From NCBI GenBank assembly GCA_030604855.1, contig JAUVVC010000002.1, positions 120,001-152,000 of the forward strand: 32,000 bases of DNA, written 5' to 3'. Positions 18,004 through 26,576 of the stretch are shown one piece after another (within the stretch, counting starts at the first letter, position 1; the number at the start of each line of letters is the position of its first letter). Below the pieces are notes generated by a model. That model was given only the letters and a program-made list of their open reading frames with translations, searched no databases and was not told where the DNA came from. Source of the DNA: Erysipelotrichaceae bacterium (GTDB lineage Bacteria; Bacillota_I; Bacilli_A; Erysipelotrichales; Erysipelotrichaceae). Position numbers and translations under genes: made by a program.

Positions 18004-19307
18004 GAGCTTTGGTGATTGGAGCCGCACGCAGCGGCTTGGCGATTGCAAATCTGCTAAGGCAACATGCGTATGAAGTGGTCTTGACGGATTTGAAGAAAGT
18101 TACTGAAAAAGAGCAGCTACAAGAAGTGGGCATCGTGGTGTTTGATGAGGGACATCCCGAGGAACTACTTAATCAGAGTTTTGATTTGATCATCAAGAAT
18201 CCAGGAATTCCCCATACGAGTCCCTTTGTTCAGGCATTGCGGAGTCAAGGGTATTTCATCTATAACGAGATTGAGATTGCGAGTCGTTTGGTAAATTACA
18301 CAATTGCGGCAATCACGGGCACCAATGGGAAGACCACCACGACGAGTCTGCTTGAAGCGATGTTGAAGCGTAAAGATGAACGTAATCTTGCGTGTGGAAA
18401 CATTGGTTTGGCGTTCAGTGAGGTTGTTGCGAAACATGGCGATGTCAAACTGGATGTGGCCATGGAAATCGCTGCGTTTCAATTGTTGGGCTGTGATCGA
18501 TTCAAACCAAAAATCAGTGTCATATTAAACCTTGCTCCAGATCATCTGGATGTTTTTGGGGAAGTTTCCTCATATTATGCGGCGAAGTGTCGCATCTATC
18601 AGGCTCAAGATGAGAATGATTTCTTTTTGAGAAATTTGGATGATGAGAATATTGTAAGATTGACACAGGATGTCAAAACCCAGGTGTTGAGTTTCTCATT
18701 ACATCAGAAAGCCGATATCTATTTGAGAAATGGTTGGGTCTACTTTAAAGAAGAAAAGCTCTTTGAAGTAGCCTTGCTTAAGATCACAGGCATGCATAAT
18801 GTGTCCAATGCGATGGTCGCGGCAAGCATGGCGTATTTGATGGGTGTCGATGTTTTGGACATCCGTGCGGTTTGTGCGGAGTTCACTGGGGTCGAACATC
18901 GATTGGAATACGTCACGACAATCAATGGCGTTCGCTATTATAATGATTCAAAGGCTACGACCGCAGAGTCGACGGAAGTTGCTTTGAGAGCCTTTGATTC
19001 AAATATCATTCTTTTAGCAGGTGGATACGATAAGAAGACAGGTTTTGATATCTTGAGACCACATCTTCATCGTTTAAAGGCATTATATACATTCGGTGTG
19101 ACACGTGAGCAATTCAAAAAGCTCTATTCTGATTCGATCATCGTGGATACGATGGAAGAGGCTTTGAATCAAGCGCATGCCATCGCTGAAGCAGGGGATG
19201 TGGTTCTTTTGTCGCCGGCTTGCGCCAGTTACGATCAGTTTGATAATTATGAACAACGGGGAAAAATGTTTAAAGCGTTTGTTCATGCTTTAAAAGCAAA
19301 AGAATAA
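18000..19307 (+). CDS. murD: UDP-N-acetylmuramoylalanine--D-glutamate ligase
   Basis: ATG 18000 overlaps the mraY stop (ATGA). MRALVIGAARSG Rossmann N-terminus. The P-loop is ITGTNGKTTTTSLL. The track start at 17916 would overlap mraY by 88 nt. Confidence 0.94.
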   Translation: MRALVIGAARSGLAIANLLRQHAYEVVLTDLKKVTEKEQLQEVGIVVFDEGHPEELLNQSFDLIIKNPGIPHTSPFVQALRSQGYFIYNEIEIASRLVNYTIAAITGTNGKTTTTSLLEAMLKRKDERNLACGNIGLAFSEVVAKHGDVKLDVAMEIAAFQLLGCDRFKPKISVILNLAPDHLDVFGEVSSYYAAKCRIYQAQDENDFFLRNLDDENIVRLTQDVKTQVLSFSLHQKADIYLRNGWVYFKEEKLFEVALLKITGMHNVSNAMVAASMAYLMGVDVLDIRAVCAEFTGVEHRLEYVTTINGVRYYNDSKATTAESTEVALRAFDSNIILLAGGYDKKTGFDILRPHLHRLKALYTFGVTREQFKKLYSDSIIVDTMEEALNQAHAIAEAGDVVLLSPACASYDQFDNYEQRGKMFKAFVHALKAKE

Positions 19308-19358
19308 CTTTAACTAAAGTCCATTATGCTTTATAATGATACAGCAGTAAGGTGGATT

Positions 19359-19646
19359 ATGAATGACTTTTTTTTAATGACGGAACAAATCGAATTGACC
19401 ATCGCACTGAAATTAGGCATGCTTCAGAAATATGCATTGCCGAATCTAAGTTATGAGCAGTTCAAAGAAGCGCTTGTGGCCATCAAGTGGAAAAGTGGCA
19501 TGCCAACGCAATTACATGATGTCATCGATGATGTCTTATCGTGTAATGAGGATGAAATCGTGGCATTTTTAGCGAAGAAAGCCGTTATCGACGGACATCG
19601 GAAATCATTGGCAGATTTTGCATCAATGGTCGGAGGGAATGAATGA
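19359..19646 (+). CDS. ComN/YrzD-like post-transcriptional regulator family protein
   Basis: The LSYEQFKEALVAIKWKSG.PTQLHDVIDDVL...EIVAFLAKKAV pattern resembles the Post_transc_reg family. It sits immediately upstream of secDF, overlapping it by 4 nt, as comN does in B. subtilis. The start is uncertain (19359 preferred, 19326 or 19377 possible). TATAAT at 19332-19337 argues against 19326. Confidence 0.6.
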   Translation: MNDFFLMTEQIELTIALKLGMLQKYALPNLSYEQFKEALVAIKWKSGMPTQLHDVIDDVLSCNEDEIVAFLAKKAVIDGHRKSLADFASMVGGNE

Positions 19647-21922
19647 AAAAGAATAGTCGCTTGATTGTATTTGCACTAACCTTAGTTGTACTTTTGGTTA
19701 CGGTGCTTGGCTTTAGTAAGAATGTACAGGATTCCATGACCTTGGGGCTCGATCTTCAAGGGGGATTTGAAATCGTTTACGAAGTCAGTCCTTTGGTTGA
19801 TGGGGCGGCACTCCCTGAAATGAGTGCGGTTACGACCAGCATCAGTAAACGTATCGACGTTTTAGGGGTCAATGAACCCGATATCAGCATCGAAGGCGAG
19901 AATCGTGTACGCATCCAATTGGCTGGTGTATCCGATCAAGAGCAAGCGCGTAAGATTATTTCAACAACCGCGAATCTCACATTCCGCGATGTCAATGACA
20001 ACTTGTTGGCGGATGCGACCATCTTGGTAGAAGGTGGGGCTTCGTTGGCGTATGAGAATGGTTTTGTCGTGGTCAGTTTGAAGATTGCCGATCAAGATAA
20101 GTTCTTCGAGCTTACCAAGAATGTTTCACAAATGCTCAGTGGCAACAACATGATCATCACCTGGTTGGATTTTGAAGAGGGTGTGGATTCTTATTTGGCG
20201 GAAGTTCAAAAAGAGAATCCTAAATATATTTCAGCAGCCAGTGTCAATCAAGGCATCAACGGCGATGCGATCATCAAAGGTTCGTTTACCGATGAAGAAG
20301 CACGTCAGTTGGCGAGTTTGATCAATTCGGGTTCATTACCGGTCAAGATGACGGAAATCTATGCGAATGTGGTCAGTGCTGAATTTGGTTTGAATGCATT
20401 TGCACAAACGAGCGTTGCTGGTTTGTTTGGGGTTTTAGGCGTCATGATCTTCATGATCGCTGTCTATCGTCTTCCAGGTGTGGTATCGGCTTTGATGTTG
20501 GTGCTTTATGTGTTCTTGACGATTTCGATCTATAATGCGATGGGTGGCGTGTTTACATTACCAGGCATTGCGGCTTTGGTGCTTGGGGTCGGGATGACGG
20601 TCGATGCGAACGTCATTACCTTCGAGCGGATCAAGGACGAACTGTTGTTGGGTAGAAGCTTATTGACAGCGCATAAAGAAGGCCATCACTTGGCATGGCG
20701 AACGATTTTCGATTCACAATTCACAACGTTCATCGCGGCGTTCTTGATGTATATGTATGGTTCTGGAGCGGTCAAGGGTTTTGCGACCATGCTTATGGTC
20801 ACGATTTTCTCGACACTTTTGATAAACGTCTTCTTTACAAAGTTTTTATTGGGCTTGCTCATTAAATCAGGTAAATTCGATGATAAGAAGACTTGGTTTG
20901 GTGTTCGTACTCAAGACATTCCGGATTTGAGCAAGGGCGAAGAAAAACGTTACTTTGGTCCGTTCAATCGCTTTGATTTTGTAAAACTATCGAAACCTTT
21001 CATCACAGGTAGCTTGGTTATTCTTGTGGCGGGTTCGCTATTGGGTATACTAAATCTTGCGCAAGGCAAGGGTGCCTTGAACATGGGCATCGATTTCACC
21101 TCAGGAACAAAGATTACAGTCAATTCTGATGTGGAGGTTTCGGAAGAAACGATTATTGCGGATTTTAACAATTTTGAATTGGATCAGTTCAAAGTTCAAT
21201 TGTCTGGTGATAAGACAGCTTATGTGACGACGAATCAGATTTTAGATCGTACCAAACTCGATGAAATCAACAATGTGATTGAAGCGAAGTATGGACAAGA
21301 GATCAACGACAGTGTCGTTACACCGGTTGTTGGACAAGAATTGGTTCGCAATGCGATGTTGCTTTCATTCTTGGCTTGGATATTCATCTTGTTATTCATT
21401 ACAATTCGCTTCGAATTTGACTATGCGCTATCGACGATCATTGCTTTGGTCCATGATGTCTTGTTTGTCTTTGCGTTCTTTGCGATCTTCAGACTTGAAT
21501 TCAACACTGAATTGATTGCGGTCATCTTGGCCATCATTGGTTATTCAGTGGATGACTCCATTGTTATCTTTGATCGTATCCGTGAGAATGTTAAGAATTG
21601 GTCGAAACCACACATCTCGAAAGAGGACTATCGTGCGATTGTCAATGATTCGCTTCGTGCGACGGCTCAACGCTCGTTGTACAATACATTCACGACACTT
21701 ATCCCTGTTATTTTCTTAATCAGTTTGGGTTCAGCTGCAATCTTCACCTTCAACATTGCAATGTTGGTTGGTTTGACAGCTGGGGCTTATTCTTCGATCT
21801 TCATTGCCGCTCAATTCTGGTATTGGATGCGTGTTCATCGTAAACCTAAAGTTGTAAAAGTTAAGCCTAAATCTAAAAATAATGAACCTGAAGAATTAAC
21901 CATCTTCGGAATCAACGACTAA
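19643..21922 (+). CDS. secDF: fused protein-export membrane protein SecDF
   Basis: GGAGGG RBS. SecD signature LGLDLQGG, SecF signature GIDFTSGT, and two six-TM blocks in one 759-aa polypeptide. Confidence 0.95.
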   Translation: MKKNSRLIVFALTLVVLLVTVLGFSKNVQDSMTLGLDLQGGFEIVYEVSPLVDGAALPEMSAVTTSISKRIDVLGVNEPDISIEGENRVRIQLAGVSDQEQARKIISTTANLTFRDVNDNLLADATILVEGGASLAYENGFVVVSLKIADQDKFFELTKNVSQMLSGNNMIITWLDFEEGVDSYLAEVQKENPKYISAASVNQGINGDAIIKGSFTDEEARQLASLINSGSLPVKMTEIYANVVSAEFGLNAFAQTSVAGLFGVLGVMIFMIAVYRLPGVVSALMLVLYVFLTISIYNAMGGVFTLPGIAALVLGVGMTVDANVITFERIKDELLLGRSLLTAHKEGHHLAWRTIFDSQFTTFIAAFLMYMYGSGAVKGFATMLMVTIFSTLLINVFFTKFLLGLLIKSGKFDDKKTWFGVRTQDIPDLSKGEEKRYFGPFNRFDFVKLSKPFITGSLVILVAGSLLGILNLAQGKGALNMGIDFTSGTKITVNSDVEVSEETIIADFNNFELDQFKVQLSGDKTAYVTTNQILDRTKLDEINNVIEAKYGQEINDSVVTPVVGQELVRNAMLLSFLAWIFILLFITIRFEFDYALSTIIALVHDVLFVFAFFAIFRLEFNTELIAVILAIIGYSVDDSIVIFDRIRENVKNWSKPHISKEDYRAIVNDSLRATAQRSLYNTFTTLIPVIFLISLGSAAIFTFNIAMLVGLTAGAYSSIFIAAQFWYWMRVHRKPKVVKVKPKSKNNEPEELTIFGIND

Positions 21923-21945
21923 GAGCAGAATTCCTGCTCTTTTTT
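21922..21945 (+). terminator. intrinsic terminator after secDF
   Basis: agagcag-aattc-ctgctct hairpin followed by T6. Confidence 0.85.
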
Positions 21946-21953
21946 GTTATACT
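21945..21953 (+). promoter_or_regulatory. extended -10 element TGTTATACT, 6 nt upstream of the recJ ATG
   Basis: TG at 21945-21946, TATACT at 21948-21953, spacer tgagat, ATG at 21960. No SD sequence. Confidence 0.45.
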
Positions 21954-21959
21954 TGAGAT

Positions 21960-23507
21960 ATGGAAAATAACACATTACTCGATGCTTTGATTGAATTCAA
22001 TCAATTAAATGATAATCAAATTCAAGAATTACACAAACCACCTAAGTTGGTTTTTTCAAGTCATCCACTTCTTATCAAGGCTGCGGATATCATTCGAGAG
22101 GCAATTGAAGAAAAGCGAAAAATCATCATCTGTGGAGATTATGATGCGGATGGCATCATTGCAACGACCATCATGGTTCAAACTTTACGTAAACTGGGTG
22201 CGGATGTTGGGTATTACATTCCCAATCGATTCACGGAAGGATATGGTTTGAATGTTGGTACGGTTGAAAAGGCTTTGGATAAGGGGTATTCACTTTTTAT
22301 CTGTGTCGATAATGGTGTCAGTGCGTATGATGCACTTAAGATTCTGAAGGATCATAAAGCGATAAGCTTGATTCTGGATCATCATCAGATCGAACAAGTC
22401 GTTGATTGCACACACTTGGTCCACCCCGATATGTTGGAAAGCTTCGATCGTAACATGTGTGGCTCTGGCTTGAGTTTCCAAGTGAGCCATCAATTGATTG
22501 GCTTTGATGCTTATTTGTGCAGTTTGGCTGCGATTGCGACGATTGCGGATGTCATGCCCTTATGGGGTTTCAACCGTGCGTGCGTGATGGCTGGCATCGA
22601 GCAGATCAATCAGAATGCGTATGAAACACTTAAGCCACTATTCAATAAAACGGGCATCATCAATGAGCAAGACATTGCTTTTCAATTGGTTCCGAAGATC
22701 AATGCGTTTGGACGTTTGGCGGATCAAGTGAATGTCAATCAATTGGTTGAGTACCTATCGTTGGAACATCCTTACACGATCCAGTCCTTTGCCAAGGAGA
22801 TGTTGAGAATCAACGATCGGCGCAAAGAAATCAATCAGACGATGTACATTGAAGCCTTGAGCTTGATTGATGAGGCCGATGTTCAAGTTCTTTCCAGTCC
22901 ACAGTTTCACGAAGGCATCGTGGGGATCACTGCAGGTCGTTTGGCAGGTGAGCTGCGTAAGCCTGTCTTTGTGTTGAATGAACACCAAGGGCGCTTAAAG
23001 GGAAGTGCTCGATCTTTTGGTGGATTGGATTTAAGAAGCTTGATTGAACCTGCATCGCATTTGTTGCTTCGTTATGGAGGACATGCGGCGGCGGCAGGAA
23101 TCGAGTTGAAGAAAGAAGATGAGAGTGAGTTCAAACGTTTGATCAATGAACATGTTCTTAATCTACCTGTTCTGGATGCTCGTGAAGATGGACTATTGAT
23201 GAGGATGGAATGGTTTGATATGGATGTCATCGAAGATTGCTTGCGTTTCCGGCCATTTGGACCTGGATTTGTGTGGCCAGAGTTCACATTCAAGCATGTT
23301 GAGATTCGAGATGTGCAACGTATGCGAATGGGCTTGCGTTTCAAGTTGATGATTTTTGGTCGGTTGGTGGATGCGGTATCTTTCGATGACACCATGAATG
23401 AGACGCATTTACCTGTTTTTAATACGATCAGGGCTCAAGTCAGCATCGATGAGTATCGTTCTAAACGTCAATTGAAGCTTCTGATCAAATCGTTTGAGGA
23501 ACACTAG
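21960..23507 (+). CDS. recJ: single-stranded-DNA-specific exonuclease RecJ (short form, 515 aa)
   Basis: DHH-family motifs ([18 protein letters not shown]) and DHHA1 motif GGHAAAAG. The secDF-recJ-apt-relA order is conserved. Confidence 0.9.
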   Translation: MENNTLLDALIEFNQLNDNQIQELHKPPKLVFSSHPLLIKAADIIREAIEEKRKIIICGDYDADGIIATTIMVQTLRKLGADVGYYIPNRFTEGYGLNVGTVEKALDKGYSLFICVDNGVSAYDALKILKDHKAISLILDHHQIEQVVDCTHLVHPDMLESFDRNMCGSGLSFQVSHQLIGFDAYLCSLAAIATIADVMPLWGFNRACVMAGIEQINQNAYETLKPLFNKTGIINEQDIAFQLVPKINAFGRLADQVNVNQLVEYLSLEHPYTIQSFAKEMLRINDRRKEINQTMYIEALSLIDEADVQVLSSPQFHEGIVGITAGRLAGELRKPVFVLNEHQGRLKGSARSFGGLDLRSLIEPASHLLLRYGGHAAAAGIELKKEDESEFKRLINEHVLNLPVLDAREDGLLMRMEWFDMDVIEDCLRFRPFGPGFVWPEFTFKHVEIRDVQRMRMGLRFKLMIFGRLVDAVSFDDTMNETHLPVFNTIRAQVSIDEYRSKRQLKLLIKSFEEH

Positions 23508-23512
23508 TTTTC

Positions 23513-23540
23513 TTGTAATTTGTTTGTGTTTTGCTATAAT
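23513..23540 (+). promoter_or_regulatory. promoter TTGTAA-16 nt-(TGc)TATAAT upstream of apt
   Basis: -35 at 23513-23518, TG at 23532-23533, -10 at 23535-23540. Confidence 0.55.
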
Positions 23541-23562
23541 GGTTGTGTTACAGGAGATAGGT

Positions 23563-24078
23563 ATGGATTATAAAAAATACATAGCAGATATACAAGATTT
23601 TCCAATTGAAGGTATTTTATTTAGAGATATCACACCCTTGATGGGTGATGGTGAAGCATTCCACAGTGCGACGCAAGAAGTCGTTAAATTTGCGCGTGAG
23701 GTCAATGCGGAGATCGTTGTTGGGCCTGAGTCGCGTGGTTTTATTTTTGGTTGTCCCGTTGCCTTTGAATTGGGGATTGGGTTCGTACCTGTTCGTAAGC
23801 CTGGTAAATTGCCGCGTGAGACGGTAAGCTACAGCTATGCGCTGGAATATGGTAAGAATGAACTTCATGTTCATAAGGACAGCATCAAACCTGGTCAACG
23901 CGTTTTGATTGTCGATGACTTATTGGCGACTGGTGGAACGGTTGAAGCTACGATTCGTTTGATCGAGCAATTGGGTGGTGTCGTGGTTGGTTGTGCGTTC
24001 TTAATCGAACTAGATGCACTCAAAGGTCGCGATTTGCTTAAGGGCTATCCAATTTTCACTTTAGTTAATTATGATTAA
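23563..24078 (+). CDS. apt: adenine phosphoribosyltransferase
   Basis: AGGAG RBS precedes ATG 23563. [25 protein letters not shown]-terminus. The PRPP-binding motif is [13 protein letters not shown]. Track start 23494 overlaps recJ and the promoter. Confidence 0.96.
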   Translation: MDYKKYIADIQDFPIEGILFRDITPLMGDGEAFHSATQEVVKFAREVNAEIVVGPESRGFIFGCPVAFELGIGFVPVRKPGKLPRETVSYSYALEYGKNELHVHKDSIKPGQRVLIVDDLLATGGTVEATIRLIEQLGGVVVGCAFLIELDALKGRDLLKGYPIFTLVNYD

Positions 24079-24101
24079 TCGAAGACTTGTCTTCGATTTT
24101 T
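24078..24101 (+). terminator. intrinsic terminator-like hairpin after apt (probably partial, since relA follows 16 nt later)
   Basis: 8-bp stem atcgaaga / tcttcgat, loop cttg, then a short run of 4-5 T. Confidence 0.55.
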
Positions 24102-24116
24102 AAAAGAACGGTTTCT

Positions 24117-26315
24117 ATGCAAAGAAAACAACTTGAGGTCACAATTGAAGCGATTCTCGATCTCGTTAGAGCGGTGAATCCAGATCATGAGGCTTTGGAT
24201 TTGATTCAAAGAGCTTTTCTTTTTGCATCAGAGAAACACAAGACTCAATTTAGAAAAAGTGGTGAACCCTATATCGTTCACCTTTTGAATGTCGCCTATA
24301 TCCTTGCGGATTTAAAGGTCGGGCCAAAAGCGATCGCAGCAGGTTTGTTGCATGATGTGATCGAGGATTGTGATATCTCCAAAGATCAGTTGGCTGCTCA
24401 GTTTGATGATGAAATCGCGACTTTAGTCGAATCGGTCACTAAGATCGGGAACATCGAATTCAAAGATGAAAAAGAGTACATGGCGGTCAATCATCGTAAG
24501 ATCTTTATTGCGATGGCGAAGGATATCCGCGTCATCCTGATCAAGTTGGTGGATCGTTTGCATAACATGCGAACCCTCCAGTTCATGAGTGAAATCAAAC
24601 AGAAAAAGATTGCGGCTGAGACTTTAGATGTTTATGCGCCGATCGCGCATCGTTTGGGGATTAGTGAAATCAAGAATGAACTTGAGGATTTGAGTTTTTA
24701 TTATCTTTATCCAGATAAGTATTATGAAGTCGCACACCTTGTCGAAATGCGTAAAGCGGAGCGTGATCTTCAAGTCAGTACGATGATCAAAGACATCAGT
24801 GCGCTTTTGACCGAAAATAAGATCAAATTCAGAATCTTTGGTCGATCCAAGCATTTGTACAGCATCTATAAGAAAATGACCACAAAAAACAAGCGATTTG
24901 ATGAGATTTTGGATCTGCATGCGATCCGCATCGTTACGACGGATAAGGTTTCGTGTTATGAGATCTTAGGTTACATTCATGCGGAATATCGTCCGATTCC
25001 AGGTCGTTTGAAAGATTATATCGCGATGCCGAAGATGAACATGTATCAGTCTTTGCACACCACCATTGTGGGTGAGGGTGGCAGCATCTATGAGGTTCAA
25101 ATAAGAACGGAAGAGATGGATTCGATTGCTGAAAAAGGGATTGCGGCGCATTGGCATTATAAAGAGGGTTCCAAATTCACCCCCGAAAAGAATCAAAAAG
25201 AAATCGAAGATCGTCTTGCTTGGTTCAAGGATTTTGGAAACCTGACGCAAGGGAGTAAAGATGCGGATGAATACATGGATATTCTGACGCATGATGTATT
25301 TGAAGCAAATGTTTATGTCATGTCTCCCAAGGGCCGTGTCATTGATCTGCCCAATGGAGCAACTCCTTTGGATTTTGCATATCGGATCCATACGGAAATC
25401 GGTCATGCGACGGTAGGCGCTATTGTGAACAATGTTTTGGTTCCTTTGAATACGCCTTTGAAAACTGGGGATGTGGTGTCGATCAAGACCTCCAAGCAAT
25501 CCAACGGACCTTCTGAAGATTGGCTGAAAATCGTTAAGACAACCCATGCCAAGTCAAAAATCCGCAACTATCTTCAAAAGAAGGAAATGGATGATCGTTC
25601 CACGTATGTTGAAAAGGGTGAACATCTCTTTAAAGAAGAATGTAAGAAGCGCAATATCGATGAAAAGGAACTCATCGCAAGCAAACGTTTGGAAAATGTG
25701 TTTCAATACTTCACCGTGGGTAATTTGAATGATTTCTATTATGCGATCGCGGTTAAATCGTTGTCGCTTGCGGCTGTGTTTGAACGATTGAATGTTCAGA
25801 AGCGCGGTTTGTTGGATGGATTCAATCTAGAACGTGTCTTTAGAAACACACAAGTCAAGAAAACCGTCTCAAAATCAGGCATCCGCGTGTCGGGTGTCGA
25901 ATCCATGATGATCAGTTTGGCGGGTTGTTGCGCTCCGGTGCCAGGAGATGACATTGTTGGTTTCATCACCAAAGGTCAAGGAGTCAAAGTTCATCGTAAG
26001 GATTGCGTCAACATCAAGAATGAGACCAAGCGTCTGATTCATGTGGAGTGGGATGAGGAGCGTAAAGAAGGTAAATATGAGGTCAAACTCTACATCTTGG
26101 CTCAAGATCGTTCTTTCTTGATTTCGGATCTGGTGACGATCATCAGTCAATGCAAAGCGGGTTTGGTTGCAGTCAATTCGACCGTCAACGAAGATAAGGT
26201 TACAGCAACGACGTATTTGAATGTCGTAGTGAGTGATGCGGAACATTTGAAAGTCGTTATGGCGAATCTAAAAAAGATTGAGAATGTGTTTGAAGTTCAT
26301 CGTGCTCAGAATTAG
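24117..26315 (+). CDS. relA: bifunctional (p)ppGpp synthetase/hydrolase (RelA/SpoT homologue, Rel)
   Basis: HD hydrolase domain (GEPYIVHLLNVA...LLHDVIEDC), synthetase domain (DLHAIRIV...YRPIPGRLKDYIAMPKMNMYQSLHTT), and TGS and ACT regions. ATG 24117 aligns with Rel N-termini. Track start TTG 24087 lies inside the apt terminator stem. Confidence 0.95.
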   Translation: MQRKQLEVTIEAILDLVRAVNPDHEALDLIQRAFLFASEKHKTQFRKSGEPYIVHLLNVAYILADLKVGPKAIAAGLLHDVIEDCDISKDQLAAQFDDEIATLVESVTKIGNIEFKDEKEYMAVNHRKIFIAMAKDIRVILIKLVDRLHNMRTLQFMSEIKQKKIAAETLDVYAPIAHRLGISEIKNELEDLSFYYLYPDKYYEVAHLVEMRKAERDLQVSTMIKDISALLTENKIKFRIFGRSKHLYSIYKKMTTKNKRFDEILDLHAIRIVTTDKVSCYEILGYIHAEYRPIPGRLKDYIAMPKMNMYQSLHTTIVGEGGSIYEVQIRTEEMDSIAEKGIAAHWHYKEGSKFTPEKNQKEIEDRLAWFKDFGNLTQGSKDADEYMDILTHDVFEANVYVMSPKGRVIDLPNGATPLDFAYRIHTEIGHATVGAIVNNVLVPLNTPLKTGDVVSIKTSKQSNGPSEDWLKIVKTTHAKSKIRNYLQKKEMDDRSTYVEKGEHLFKEECKKRNIDEKELIASKRLENVFQYFTVGNLNDFYYAIAVKSLSLAAVFERLNVQKRGLLDGFNLERVFRNTQVKKTVSKSGIRVSGVESMMISLAGCCAPVPGDDIVGFITKGQGVKVHRKDCVNIKNETKRLIHVEWDEERKEGKYEVKLYILAQDRSFLISDLVTIISQCKAGLVAVNSTVNEDKVTATTYLNVVVSDAEHLKVVMANLKKIENVFEVHRAQN

Positions 26316-26344
26316 TTGTCGGACATTTTAAACTATGCTATTAT
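26316..26344 (+). promoter_or_regulatory. promoter TTGTCG-17 nt-(TGc)TATTAT for the hisS-aspS leader
   Basis: -35-like at 26316-26321, TG at 26336-26337, -10 TATTAT at 26339-26344. Confidence 0.5.
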
Positions 26345-26349
26345 AGGAT

Positions 26350-26562
26350 AAATTCAATGATTAGGAAGTTTGATGGTTAGATTGTTTAGAGATGGAATGC
26401 AGGGTGAAAGTTCCGAATCGACCATTGAATCGACACCTAGGAGAAGCTACTTTGAACTTAGTAGAAGTAGACGGTCATCCCGTTATCGACTTGAGTGTGT
26501 ATTTTTAATACAAATTAAGGTGGTACCACGTGAAAGCGTCCTTAACTGGAGGCTTTTTTTAT
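26350..26562 (+). promoter_or_regulatory. T-box riboswitch leader (probable histidine specifier) of hisS-aspS
   Basis: AGAGA at 26388-26392. Distal-loop GGTGAAAG within ggaa..ttcc. Candidate specifier CAC at 26434-26436. T-box sequence aattaaGGTGGTACCACG at 26513-26530. Terminator stem plus T7 at 26533-26560. Confidence 0.88.
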
Positions 26563-26576
26563 TCAAGGAGGCAATT

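Noticed and set aside
24966-25547. 193-aa ORF antisense to relA, the longest unexplained ORF in the track
   Set aside because: It lies wholly inside, and opposite to, a strongly supported conserved gene. Its translation is R/I/F/N-rich and low-complexity with no recognisable motif, RBS or promoter. This is the typical by-product of sense-strand codon bias removing stops from the opposite frame.
26370-26576. N-terminal extension of the hisS ORF (track start 26370). Similar extensions occur at 449, 915, 2210, 11338, 17916, 23494, 24087 and 27844.
   Set aside because: The extensions read through T-box leaders, terminator hairpins or promoters, or overlap the upstream gene. They lack an RBS, whereas an internal ATG with a GGAGG-type RBS matches the conserved N-terminus in every case.
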